A DNA stretch of 46,894 nt from Candidatus Woesearchaeota archaeon (GTDB lineage: Archaea > Nanobdellota > Nanobdellia > Pacearchaeales > GW2011-AR1): the NCBI GenBank assembly GCA_964574775.1, contig CAZNOS010000002.1:1-46894 (forward strand). Direction: 5' to 3'. Below the pieces are notes generated by a model. The model did not search any database and was not told where the DNA came from. It was given only the letters and a program-made list of their open reading frames with translations. Below, piece after piece: positions 17,131 through 25,635 of this stretch (its first letter is position 1; each line of letters begins with the position of its first letter). The position numbers and the translations under genes are program-made.

Positions 17131-17952
17131 ATGAGAATACCACTAGACATTGTTGGAGATATAGCGATTTTGAAGTTTTCGAGATTGGTTCCGAGAATAT
17201 ATAAAAAATTTTATGCGTGGAGATTTTTGAAAAATAATAAGCATATAAAAGTTGTTTTGGAAAAGACGGCTGGTTTTTCTGGTGAGTTGAGGATACAAGA
17301 AACGAGATGGATTGCGGGAGAGAATAGAAAAGATACTGTTCATAGAGAAAATGATTGTTCGTTTTATTTGGATGTTGATGAAACCTATTTTTCACCGAGA
17401 TTAAGTCAGGATAGAAAAATTATGTGCGAGGATGTTTTAAAAACGATAAAACCAAAATCAAAAATATTGGTTATGTTTGCGGGCGTTTCTCCGTTGCCGA
17501 TTGTATTGGCGAAAACTCTTAAGAAAAATAATATCAAAGCGGAGATTATTTCTTCTGAGTTAAATAAGAAAGCTTGTGAATATGGTTCGAAAAACGTTAA
17601 AATGAATAAGGTTGAAGATTATGTAAAAATTGAGTGTGGTGATTCGAGAAAATTATGCGAAGAATTAATAACCCACAAGGGGTCAGCTCGAACTGCGAGC
17701 AGAAAATTTGATTTTATTTTTATGTTGAGGCCGAATCTTAAAGAAACTTTTTTAGATTCTGCGATGAAGGTGGCTCATAATGGAACGACGATTTATTATC
17801 ATGGATTTGGTGATGAAAAGGGTGTTAGTGACGAAATTTTGAGAGATGTGAAGTTGGCGAAACGAAAGATTTCAAAATTGGAAGTTAGGAAGGCGGGAGA
17901 TATCGGTATCAGAAAAAATAGGTTTAGTGTTAAGTTCGTTGTTAAGAATTAA
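17131..17952 (+). CDS. Class I SAM-dependent methyltransferase, Trm5/TYW2-like (tRNA m1G37 family).
   Basis: The N-terminus is LDIVGDIAILKF, and the SAM motif I-like segment is ILVMFAGVSPLPI. Confidence 0.6.
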   Translation: MRIPLDIVGDIAILKFSRLVPRIYKKFYAWRFLKNNKHIKVVLEKTAGFSGELRIQETRWIAGENRKDTVHRENDCSFYLDVDETYFSPRLSQDRKIMCEDVLKTIKPKSKILVMFAGVSPLPIVLAKTLKKNNIKAEIISSELNKKACEYGSKNVKMNKVEDYVKIECGDSRKLCEELITHKGSARTASRKFDFIFMLRPNLKETFLDSAMKVAHNGTTIYYHGFGDEKGVSDEILRDVKLAKRKISKLEVRKAGDIGIRKNRFSVKFVVKN

Positions 17953-17969
17953 TGTTTGTTTGGTATTTT

Positions 17970-18350
17970 TTACCTAGTTATTATGACGCTTTCTGGGGCT
18001 GTTGTTCGTGTGTGTATGGTATAACAAGGTTTCCAAAATTGATTTGTGTCAGATTTGTCCGTGTAGGGCGTAAAGACGTGTCTTGTTCCGTCAGTCGTTG
18101 TACCAATTAGTCTTCTATTGTCTGGAATCTCAGATGTGAAAATATTTGGCTCTTCTGTTGTTTGCTGTAGTGTTTTAATTTGATAAAAGCCTTGAACTCG
18201 TTGTTCTATTGTTCTTATTTCTGCTGCGCATAATCTAGTTTGCTTTTCTGATTCTAGTCTTTCTCCCATCTTAAATACAGATGCTAATGATACAATGTAT
18301 AAAGCTGCTGCAAGAATTATATTTGTTGTGATTTCTTTATTGATGCCCAT
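17970..18350 (-). CDS. Hypothetical single-pass membrane protein with a coiled-coil segment.
   Basis: 126 aa with an N-terminal TM (IILAAALYIVSLASVF) followed by EKQTRLCAAEIRTIEQRVQG. Its ATG lies 1 nt after the upstream stop (GACTAAAATG junction). Confidence 0.55.
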   Translation of the reverse strand: MGINKEITTNIILAAALYIVSLASVFKMGERLESEKQTRLCAAEIRTIEQRVQGFYQIKTLQQTTEEPNIFTSEIPDNRRLIGTTTDGTRHVFTPYTDKSDTNQFWKPCYTIHTRTTAPESVIITR

Positions 18351-18351
18351 T

Positions 18352-18624
18352 TTAGTCAGCCTCCCAAACTACATTTTCTAAAGAATTTGTGGATGGTGTT
18401 TTTGCCGGGGTGTTTGTTGGTGTATAATATGGTCTGTTAGTAATACCATAAAGTGTTTCTTGTAGTGAAATAATATTAGATTCGCAATTCATAACTCTTG
18501 ACTTAAGTTCTTCATTCTCACTGGATAACCCACCAATGATTTCATAGGCGCCCCAAAGAAAAATTGTTGAGAAAAAAGTAACGAATTTATGCATTCCAGA
18601 GTGTGTGTGATTACTGTTTGTCAT
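18352..18624 (-). CDS. Hypothetical single-pass membrane protein with a coiled coil and a Thr/Pro-rich tail.
   Basis: 90 aa with a TM (FVTFFSTIFLWGAYEIIGGL), then ELKSRVMNCESNIISLQETLYG and YYTPTNTPAKTPSTN. Its ATG lies 1 nt after the TrmB stop (GACTAAAATG junction). Confidence 0.55.
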   Translation of the reverse strand: MTNSNHTHSGMHKFVTFFSTIFLWGAYEIIGGLSSENEELKSRVMNCESNIISLQETLYGITNRPYYTPTNTPAKTPSTNSLENVVWEAD

Positions 18625-18625
18625 T

Positions 18626-19408
18626 TTAGTCTTTCCAAGCTAACTCGAATAGATATGCTAAAGAATTTGTAAAATATTCAGAGTTTATCCAGAAACCATA
18701 ATCGTAGTCTTCGTGTACGTTTGTTGGTTTTAGTGTGAATATTAATTCTTTTCTATCTGCAATCATAAATCTTGCGTTGATGTGTTTTGATTTGATTGTT
18801 GTTCCAAATCTCTTGGATATTTTTCTAGCTTCGATTTCATCATCGGAAACAATAACTTTTATGTCAACGTTTCTTTTCTTTAGTTTATCGAAAACTTCTG
18901 AGAACATTTTTTGTTTAGACATTAATTCGTATGAGGAAGTAGCTAGATATACGCTGTTTTCTGCGGATTCCATTGTGTCTCTTAGTTGAGAATAAAGATT
19001 TGATCTTCCTTTGATTGAAGTTGAAAGTTCATGATTTTTCATTGGTTCTATGCCAGTGTCGTGTAAATTTTGTAATTCTTCGTATTCTTTTGAATCTTTT
19101 AATTGAGAAAGAACTTCTACTTTTTCTTCTGCGTATTTCATTGTGTTGTTCTTTAATTTTTCAATAACAACAGACGGTTTAACTGCTAAATATTTTACAG
19201 GTTTGCCTAATTTTTCAATTGCGAATCCACGTTTTTCTAAAGATTCTAAAACGTCGTATGTTCTTGATCTTGGAACGCCAGAAACTTCTGCGATTTCTCC
19301 AGCGGATGAAATTCCTCTAGAAAGTAATGCTAACCAAACTTTAGTTTCATAAATATTTAAGTCGAAATATCCTTTTACTTTTTTTACTAATTCTGGTTTG
19401 TTTATCAT
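18626..19408 (-). CDS. TrmB-family transcriptional regulator.
   Basis: The N-terminal wHTH reads LNIYETKVWLALLSRGISSAGEIAEVSGVPRSRTYDVLESLEKRGF. A ~150-aa C-terminal TrmB-like domain follows. Confidence 0.8.
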   Translation of the reverse strand: MINKPELVKKVKGYFDLNIYETKVWLALLSRGISSAGEIAEVSGVPRSRTYDVLESLEKRGFAIEKLGKPVKYLAVKPSVVIEKLKNNTMKYAEEKVEVLSQLKDSKEYEELQNLHDTGIEPMKNHELSTSIKGRSNLYSQLRDTMESAENSVYLATSSYELMSKQKMFSEVFDKLKKRNVDIKVIVSDDEIEARKISKRFGTTIKSKHINARFMIADRKELIFTLKPTNVHEDYDYGFWINSEYFTNSLAYLFELAWKD

Positions 19409-19659
19409 AGTGATTGTGCTCCTGTTTTTCTTGGTTTAAAATGAAATATGTGCATTGCAGTTGACAGATCTACTACTAAAATATTTTTGTCATTTATATG
19501 AGCTTTTGGAACTTCGTCCATGGCATGATATGATCCTATTAAACTTACTTCTTTTCCTGGAGTTCCTCTAAGTGCAACTATACTAGAGCTTCTACCATAA
19601 GATGGCATATTATCGTCGTATAATGCAACTGTTCTTTCTGCTTCGTGTGATTTTATCAT
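19405..19659 (-). CDS. Hypothetical small protein, first gene of the TrmB operon.
   Basis: 84 aa. Its stop overlaps the TrmB ATG (ATGA at 19405-19408). Confidence 0.5.
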   Translation of the reverse strand: MIKSHEAERTVALYDDNMPSYGRSSSIVALRGTPGKEVSLIGSYHAMDEVPKAHINDKNILVVDLSTAMHIFHFKPRKTGAQSL

Positions 19660-19741
19660 TTTGTTGTTACTCAGTGAGACAATATGGGTTTATAAATCTT
19701 TCGGATTTGTTGTCTTTCGGAAGTGACAACTAAAAGAAAGG

Positions 19742-19748
19742 TTTAAAA
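19742..19748 (+). promoter_or_regulatory. TATA-like box (TTTAAAA) for 19771.
   Basis: It is centred 26 nt upstream of the ATG, with no SD sequence between, so it is leaderless-type. Confidence 0.45.
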
Positions 19749-19770
19749 GGTTTGAAAATGTGTTTTATTT

Positions 19771-20106
19771 ATGGCAGATGAAGAACGTAATAATGAACAA
19801 CATACTTTTGGTATGTCTCGAAAACCTAATTGGTATGCTAATCATAAAGGTAGTCCAGTGAGTCTTACTTTGCAGGGTGGCGTGGTGCGTGGTGGAGTTA
19901 TTCACGATGTAGATTTGAACGACGGAAAGGTTGTGTTAAATCCATATATGGGAAAGATTTTTTCTAATGGTCGAGAATTAGAGGCTCTAGTTCCGTGCGA
20001 TGAAAGGATTTTAATTTCAAGCATAGTTTCCGAGAGGATTCATTTGGAGGGGCATTTTGAAGGATATCTTGCTATGGTTAATCCAGAACCATTCATTAGT
20101 TCTTAG
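19771..20106 (+). CDS. Hypothetical protein, possibly with an Sm-like (LSm) fold.
   Basis: VSLTLQGGVVRGGVIHDVD...KVVLNP fits the Sm1 spacing L-x2-G-x4-G-x-(I/L)-x3-D, and ILISSIVSERI is Sm2-like. A TATA (TTTAAAA, 19742-19748) lies 26 nt upstream. Confidence 0.35.
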   Translation: MADEERNNEQHTFGMSRKPNWYANHKGSPVSLTLQGGVVRGGVIHDVDLNDGKVVLNPYMGKIFSNGRELEALVPCDERILISSIVSERIHLEGHFEGYLAMVNPEPFISS

Positions 20107-20126
20107 ATGGTTTTTTCTACTATTAT

Positions 20127-21041
20127 TTATATCAATCTAGTTAACCACCAAATTGCTAATCCGATAAATATTCCCGTCGTTATGAATGGCATCGCGGGAT
20201 AGAATTTTCTTTTTTCTGAGAATATTAAAAGATACAAAAGTCCTGCGAATGCGCCGAATATTATTGCGATAGCTGGAGCAAGTCCGTATGCTAACATGAA
20301 AACTCCTGCAGTTATTATCGGGAAAACGATATCTCCGCCACCGAGAATTGCCATAGATATTTTAATTCCCTTTTTTCTTATTTCTTTTTCTGGAATATTT
20401 TTATTTTTGTATTTTAATTTTAATAATTGAATTTTCTTTTTCATTTCTTTCGGCATATAAGGTATTAAAAATCCACCGAATATTTTTAGTTCGTTCATTT
20501 GGAACTTTGCCATTTTTTGCATTATTCCAGAATGCCAGACTGCCCAAATATCGTATATTGAAATTATAATTAGTAAAATAATTGCATATATCGGAGTTAA
20601 GATCGGAACGAATATAGCAGCGATTCCTGGGTAAATTAAAAGCTCAGTTCCGTTGTGAATAATCATCGAAGGTCTGAATAGTTTTAGTATTCCCAATATT
20701 ATTGCTATCGCCAATGGAACTATGTATGCTGTGATTCCAAACCAATTCTTAAAAATTGCCGTTAGTGAAACAGATATTGCTAAAATTACAACAAGAACAA
20801 ACCAAATTCTCATAAACCACTTCAGCTTATATTTTGTTATAAGAACAACAATTAAAATTGCTATTATAAAAGAACTAATTATCTGATAAAAGTAAAATGC
20901 CGGACTTTGTTGAATTTCTGTGCTTGGATTTGCGGATAAAAATGGCGGGACAGAGTCTAAAGAAATAATGTAGAGTCCAATAAATTGAGCAACTAAAAAC
21001 ATACAGAGAATTATTACTGTAATTGTCACCTTGTGTTTCAT
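20127..21041 (-). CDS. Presenilin/signal-peptide-peptidase-like intramembrane aspartyl protease (archaeal PSH type).
   Basis: 304 aa and polytopic. It has YD in a TM helix (ISIYDIWAVW), GxGD (LGGGDIVFP) and a PAL-like motif (YPAMPF). Confidence 0.75.
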   Translation of the reverse strand: MKHKVTITVIILCMFLVAQFIGLYIISLDSVPPFLSANPSTEIQQSPAFYFYQIISSFIIAILIVVLITKYKLKWFMRIWFVLVVILAISVSLTAIFKNWFGITAYIVPLAIAIILGILKLFRPSMIIHNGTELLIYPGIAAIFVPILTPIYAIILLIIISIYDIWAVWHSGIMQKMAKFQMNELKIFGGFLIPYMPKEMKKKIQLLKLKYKNKNIPEKEIRKKGIKISMAILGGGDIVFPIITAGVFMLAYGLAPAIAIIFGAFAGLLYLLIFSEKRKFYPAMPFITTGIFIGLAIWWLTRLI

Positions 21042-21130
21042 TTTTATATTAGAGTAATTGGGTTTTTAAAGGATTGGAAAAAATTGAAGAATTTTTTTTC
21101 TGCGTATTGTGTAACTTATAAGTGGTAATG

Positions 21131-21138
21131 TTTATAAA
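21131..21138 (+). promoter_or_regulatory. TATA-like box (TTTATAAA) for 21160.
   Basis: It is centred about 26 nt upstream of the ATG. Confidence 0.45.
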
Positions 21139-21159
21139 CTCAAAAAATCTCTTTCCGAC

Positions 21160-21828
21160 ATGGAACAAATAGGTTGGGATTTTACAAATGAGAGAGTAGG
21201 TGGTAAGAATGTCTTTGTATTTAGAGATACAAATCATACAGACGAAGGAATACAAGATAGAATTTATGACGAAGTTTACGCTAAGATTCAGCAAAAAAAG
21301 TTTGGTACATTATTTGTCGAGAGTTGGAGCGGAGATTATACTCTGTATCCTCGTTCGTGGTCTGAACAGCATTTAAGGAATATGGCTATGCAGAATAGTG
21401 GCAGATGCTTGGGGGCTCATGAGTTGTTGAATTTTAAACGTGCTTCAGATGCTCAGTTGGGTAGGATTAAAATTTATGGGGTAGATCAGGAAGAGATATT
21501 CGAAAAGCATAGGGATGTGTTAAGGTTATATGTGCAGTTGGCATCAATGTGTAATGGGAGAGTTGGTGATGAAGAGCGTGCTGAATTTGATGCATTAAAC
21601 AAAAGATGTTTGGCCCTATGTAAAAGAAGAAGTTTGTGGGCTGCAGAATCTGCGGTTAATCAAATGGATTTGTGGGGATTAAAAAGTGCGGGGTTAGTTT
21701 TTGGTGATGCACACTATGATGTAATAGCGGATCATCTTAGGCGTAGAGGTGTCGGAGTTGTTTCTTATTTTCCTGGAAGGGTAGAATATGGGTTGACAGA
21801 AATTGTAGAATATTTTTTAAGAAAATAG
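21160..21828 (+). CDS. Hypothetical protein, with a speculative distant resemblance to the TraB/ChaN/Tiki-type fold.
   Basis: 222 aa with a leaderless-type TATA at 21131-21138. The segments RDTNHTDE, FVESW and VFGDAHYDVIADHL loosely recall the GTxH/E/GxxH motifs. Confidence 0.5.
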   Translation: MEQIGWDFTNERVGGKNVFVFRDTNHTDEGIQDRIYDEVYAKIQQKKFGTLFVESWSGDYTLYPRSWSEQHLRNMAMQNSGRCLGAHELLNFKRASDAQLGRIKIYGVDQEEIFEKHRDVLRLYVQLASMCNGRVGDEERAEFDALNKRCLALCKRRSLWAAESAVNQMDLWGLKSAGLVFGDAHYDVIADHLRRRGVGVVSYFPGRVEYGLTEIVEYFLRK

Positions 21829-21869
21829 TTTTTCTTTAATTCGGTAATTAAAAAAGTTTTTTTGTATTC

Positions 21870-23762
21870 TTATCTTAATCTAATTGCTTCTAGATTTTTA
21901 GGAACGACTGTTTCGATTTTACTCATCTTGTAAACTGAGGACGCTAAATCTAGTGCCCTTGAAACTTCGCCGTGGTTGATTATAATTTTTTTTGGGCATG
22001 GTGAAACATTATTTAGGAATGCGATTAGTTCGTTTCTATATGAGTGACCAGAAAATCCTTCGACAGTTTTAACTTCGAATTTGACAGGACATTTTTCTTC
22101 TTTACCCTCAACTTGGAAAACAGCTTCCTTAAGTGTTCCTTCTTGAAGTTGTCTGCCTAATCCGTTTGGTGGTTGATAACAAACAAAACAAATTCCATTC
22201 TTCTCGTTATCTGCGAAATTTCTTAAATATTCTACGGAAGCTCCACCGACTAACATACCAGATGTTGCTAAAACTACACATGGTCCGCCTTCGATTACAA
22301 GTTTTCTTTCTTGAGCTGAACCAACTTGTTTGAAGCATTCTGCTACGAATGGATTGTTGTCTTGGAAAACAGATGAACGAACATTTCTTGATAAAAAGTC
22401 TGGATATGCTGTGTGAATTGCGTTGATATCCCAAATCATACCATCGATATAAATTGGAACATTTGGAAGTAAATTATTTCTCATTGCGTCTTCTAAAATT
22501 AACATTGTTTCTTGAGAACGACCAAGGCCTAATTCTGGAATTAAGACTTTTCCGCCTCTTGTAATAATTTTATTTATGAAATCAATTAAATCTTGTTCAA
22601 CTTCTTGTCTTGGAGGAGAGACGTTTTCTTTTCCGCCGTATGTAGATTCAATGTGTAATGTTTCTAATCTTGGAAAATATGTTGTTGCTGGTTCGAGCAA
22701 TCTGGATTTTCCGTATTTACTATCTCCAGTGTAAAGAAAATTATGCAAACCGTTTCCAATGTTGAAATGAATCATCGCGCTTCCAAGCGTGTGACCTGCG
22801 TTGTACATTGTGATTCTTATGTCGTTTGTAATATCTGTGACTTCGTTATAATCTAAACAAATTGTGTGTTTGACCATATCAGCAACGTCAGAAGATGAAA
22901 ATAATGGGGAGGAAGCTTGTTTGTAAGCTACACCAATTAAGTCGAGAGCGAGTAGTGCAGATACGTCTCTTGTTGGAGCAGTCATATAAACTGGTCCTTG
23001 ATATCCAATTTTGTACAAATAAGATAGTAATCCAGAGTGATCTAGGTGGGCGTGTGAAATTACAACTGCATCGATTGCGTCAATGCTAAATTCTGGTGCT
23101 TCGAAATGAGGATATTTATCTTGTCCTTGAGCTGAAACATCAATTCCACAATCAATTATAATTCTTGATTGGGGTGTTTGTAGTAAAAAACAACTTCGTC
23201 CGACTTGTCTACCAGATCCTAAAACAGAAACTCTAACCCATTCATCCATTTTTGTTGGGTCCCATTCTTTGTAGATTTTTTTACCAATATCATTTAAGAA
23301 TTTTTTTCTTTGATTGTTATTTAGATACAAAACAGAACGAATATTCTCTGTGATTTTGGATTTGATTGCGGGGCTTCTTTGGACGATTGGCGACCATAAT
23401 GTTGCGTCCTTTACGTCGTGCAATAAACTTCCAGCCTTACCAATTACTAGACCGGGTTTTTTTGCTTCGATTACAACAACACTTCTTGGTTGATCGAAAA
23501 GAATTTGAGTTATTTCTGCCTCTTCTGGAATTATTCTTCTGATTTCTTTCTCGGTTTTTTCTGTGTCCATTAAAATTTTTGGTTCTGCTCTTAGTTCGAC
23601 TCTTTTTTTGATTTTGTTTACAACTGCCTTAACAGCTTCGTCTCCGGTTTTTAAGAATTTTCCATCTTCCGTGTAGACAACTATGTTTGCGCCTTCAAAA
23701 TTCATTGAACTTATTGTTCCTCTCGGCAGTTCTGATTTTATTGTTTCTAAAATATCTGTCAT
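21870..23762 (-). CDS. fttA: aCPSF1/FttA: KH-domain beta-CASP metallo-beta-lactamase ribonuclease (archaeal transcription termination factor).
   Basis: 630 aa. N-terminal KH-like repeats (GLVIGKAGS) are followed by the MBL motif ISHAHLDHSG and beta-CASP region motifs, with GHS near the C-terminus. Confidence 0.9.
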   Translation of the reverse strand: MTDILETIKSELPRGTISSMNFEGANIVVYTEDGKFLKTGDEAVKAVVNKIKKRVELRAEPKILMDTEKTEKEIRRIIPEEAEITQILFDQPRSVVVIEAKKPGLVIGKAGSLLHDVKDATLWSPIVQRSPAIKSKITENIRSVLYLNNNQRKKFLNDIGKKIYKEWDPTKMDEWVRVSVLGSGRQVGRSCFLLQTPQSRIIIDCGIDVSAQGQDKYPHFEAPEFSIDAIDAVVISHAHLDHSGLLSYLYKIGYQGPVYMTAPTRDVSALLALDLIGVAYKQASSPLFSSSDVADMVKHTICLDYNEVTDITNDIRITMYNAGHTLGSAMIHFNIGNGLHNFLYTGDSKYGKSRLLEPATTYFPRLETLHIESTYGGKENVSPPRQEVEQDLIDFINKIITRGGKVLIPELGLGRSQETMLILEDAMRNNLLPNVPIYIDGMIWDINAIHTAYPDFLSRNVRSSVFQDNNPFVAECFKQVGSAQERKLVIEGGPCVVLATSGMLVGGASVEYLRNFADNEKNGICFVCYQPPNGLGRQLQEGTLKEAVFQVEGKEEKCPVKFEVKTVEGFSGHSYRNELIAFLNNVSPCPKKIIINHGEVSRALDLASSVYKMSKIETVVPKNLEAIRLR

Positions 23763-23774
23763 GTTAATTGAAAA

Positions 23775-24437
23775 TTATTGTTCTTTATAGACGGCTTCTG
23801 ATTTTTGTTTTGCAACCTGCTTTATTCCGTCTTTTGTGATCGTGAAAACATCTATACCATAACCAGATGCAGTATCTCTTTCGCTTGAAGATTTGATTGA
23901 TTCAATTGCGAGTTTAACTCCGTCTTCAACTGACATATTGGATTTGTATTGTCTTTCTAAAAAACCCAAAATGTAAGGCATTCCAGAAGAAAAATTAGCG
24001 TCATAATCAATTACGTGTTTTATACTTCCGTCTGGTCCAACAGAATAAAGTTCTGCAGTTCCGTCTTCGTTGTATCCGCCGACCATTGTTCCAGCCATAA
24101 ATGGAATCATAGATGGTTGTCTAATATTATTGTAAGCGAAAGATGCGATAAGATTTGCAGATTCTCCGACTGTAGGTCGTTTTTTGTCTTTTAGTTCTTT
24201 TAATTTTAATTGAGCTGCAATAATTTTTCTAAGCATGTCAATATCAGAAGAAACGCCAGTTCCAGATACTAAAACATAGTCAGTTATTGGAACGACTTTT
24301 AGTGTATTTTTGTCTGCGACTATTTGTCCGCCAAGAGTTGTTTTTCTATCTCCGGCCATTACTACGCCGTCTTTGCACACTATTCCGACTAAGCTTGTTC
24401 CTGAGTGCATTATGTTTTTTTGTATGTCGTTATCCAT
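23775..24437 (-). CDS. psmB: Proteasome subunit beta.
   Basis: A propeptide precedes HSG/TSLVGIVCKDGVVMAGDRKTT. This places the active-site Thr after the Gly, with the typical Ntn-hydrolase pattern. Confidence 0.9.
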   Translation of the reverse strand: MDNDIQKNIMHSGTSLVGIVCKDGVVMAGDRKTTLGGQIVADKNTLKVVPITDYVLVSGTGVSSDIDMLRKIIAAQLKLKELKDKKRPTVGESANLIASFAYNNIRQPSMIPFMAGTMVGGYNEDGTAELYSVGPDGSIKHVIDYDANFSSGMPYILGFLERQYKSNMSVEDGVKLAIESIKSSSERDTASGYGIDVFTITKDGIKQVAKQKSEAVYKEQ

Positions 24438-24520
24438 TTCAATATGTTAGAAGTAAAACCTCTAGAATCTATTATGTTTATGGTAAGTTGGTATTGTTTA
24501 TAAATGTTTTGGTGGGGTTT

Positions 24521-24853
24521 CTATGGTTTCGTAAAATTCTCTCTGAGCCAATTTCCATATAATTCTCCTAATTTATCTGGGCTATAGGGCATGTTGAAGG
24601 CTTTAAAAATAGGTACTGGTATTTTGATTCCTAATTGATTTTCAAGATTTCTAACTGTGTTATGATCCGCATGCCCCGATGGAATAACGAGAGCCTGTGC
24701 TCTTCTTTCTTCAATTATTCTAGCACAATTTGGAAGGCTATATTTGTATATAACCACTGAGTCATTTCCTAGGACTGATCGTGTGATTGAGTCAATATCT
24801 CCCATGGTCGCTTCGGTTCCTCGTTGGCGCTCGCTTACTAATATTGTTATCAT
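24521..24853 (-). CDS. Hypothetical protein.
   Basis: 110-aa ORF between psmB and the divergent aIF2-beta gene. No motif was recognised. Confidence 0.5.
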   Translation of the reverse strand: MITILVSERQRGTEATMGDIDSITRSVLGNDSVVIYKYSLPNCARIIEERRAQALVIPSGHADHNTVRNLENQLGIKIPVPIFKAFNMPYSPDKLGELYGNWLRENFTKP

Positions 24854-24924
24854 TTTTCTTCTTATTTAGATGCTAAAAGATGAGTATTTTTAAGTATTTA
24901 TGTTTCCATTTCATATAAGAAACC

Positions 24925-24933
24925 CTTAAAAAG
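24925..24933 (+). promoter_or_regulatory. TATA-like box (CTTAAAAAG) for the aIF2-beta gene.
   Basis: It is centred 25 nt upstream of the ATG at 24954. Confidence 0.45.
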
Positions 24934-24953
24934 CCCCGTATTTTCTATGGATT

Positions 24954-25361
24954 ATGGCAGATGATTATGAAAAATTGTTGGGTGAGGCGTTTGAGAAGGT
25001 TAAGCCGTGTGAATTCTGTGATAGATTTGAGGTAAAAAAAGCTGAGGGTATGCATGAGGGAAATAAGACTATCGTTACTAATTTTTGTCAGATTGCTGGT
25101 TGTTTAAGAAGAAAGCCGGAGCATTTGGCTAAGTTTTTGCTTGGGGAGCTTGCTTCGCCGGGTAATATTGATGGAGATCGTTTGGTTTTAACTAGGAAGT
25201 TGACTTCTGTTCAGATAAATGAAAAAATAGAGAAGTATTCGAATTTATTTGTTAAGTGTTCCAATTGTGGCAAGCCGGACACGGAGATAGTTAAGGAAGG
25301 CGCGCAATCCTTTTTGAAGTGTATGGCGTGTGGAACAAAGAAGATCGTTCATGATCTTTAG
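24954..25361 (+). CDS. eif2b: Translation initiation factor aIF2 subunit beta.
   Basis: YEKLLGEAF...RFEV..AEG...KTIVTNF.QIA..LRR.PEHLAKFLLGEL, followed by a C-terminal C4 zinc ribbon (CSNCGKPDT...CMACG). Confidence 0.9.
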   Translation: MADDYEKLLGEAFEKVKPCEFCDRFEVKKAEGMHEGNKTIVTNFCQIAGCLRRKPEHLAKFLLGELASPGNIDGDRLVLTRKLTSVQINEKIEKYSNLFVKCSNCGKPDTEIVKEGAQSFLKCMACGTKKIVHDL

Positions 25362-25407
25362 GATAAAAATTGATAATGAAAATTAAATATAAAACGGAGG
25401 TTAAAAA

Positions 25408-25596
25408 ATGGATGCAAGATGTATGAAGTGTAAGGCACAGAAAGAAATGGCTGGAGCTGAAATGACAAAGACTTCTAGAGGAGGCTTTATGGCAAAAGGA
25501 AAATGCAAGGACTGCGGATGCGGAATGTGCAAGATCATGTCACAAGTCGATGCTGAGAAGGCTATGAAGTCTGGAGTAGCTAAAAAAGCATTTTAA
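25408..25596 (+). CDS. Small zinc-ribbon protein (DUF5679-like).
   Basis: 62 aa with CMKCKAQKEM...GKCKDCGCGMCKI. GGAGG lies 8 nt upstream of the ATG. Confidence 0.55.
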   Translation: MDARCMKCKAQKEMAGAEMTKTSRGGFMAKGKCKDCGCGMCKIMSQVDAEKAMKSGVAKKAF

Positions 25597-25608
25597 TTAT
25601 TTTTAATT

Positions 25609-25635
25609 AATCCGCTTTAATTTTTGTAGCGGATT
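25609..25635 (+). terminator. Hairpin plus T-run downstream of the zinc-ribbon gene.
   Basis: AATCCGC (25609-25615) pairs with GCGGATT (25629-25635) across a 13-nt loop, followed by TTTTCTTTTTT. The right arm overlaps the last codons of the convergent metzincin gene. Confidence 0.4.

Noticed and set aside
24886-24899. The 14-mer ATTTTTAAGTATTT is shared by 24886-24899 and 44621-44634.
   Set aside because: Both copies are the minus-strand TATA region (AAATACTTAAAAAT) of downstream genes. This is best explained as promoter consensus rather than a mobile repeat, and similarity stops after about 20 nt.
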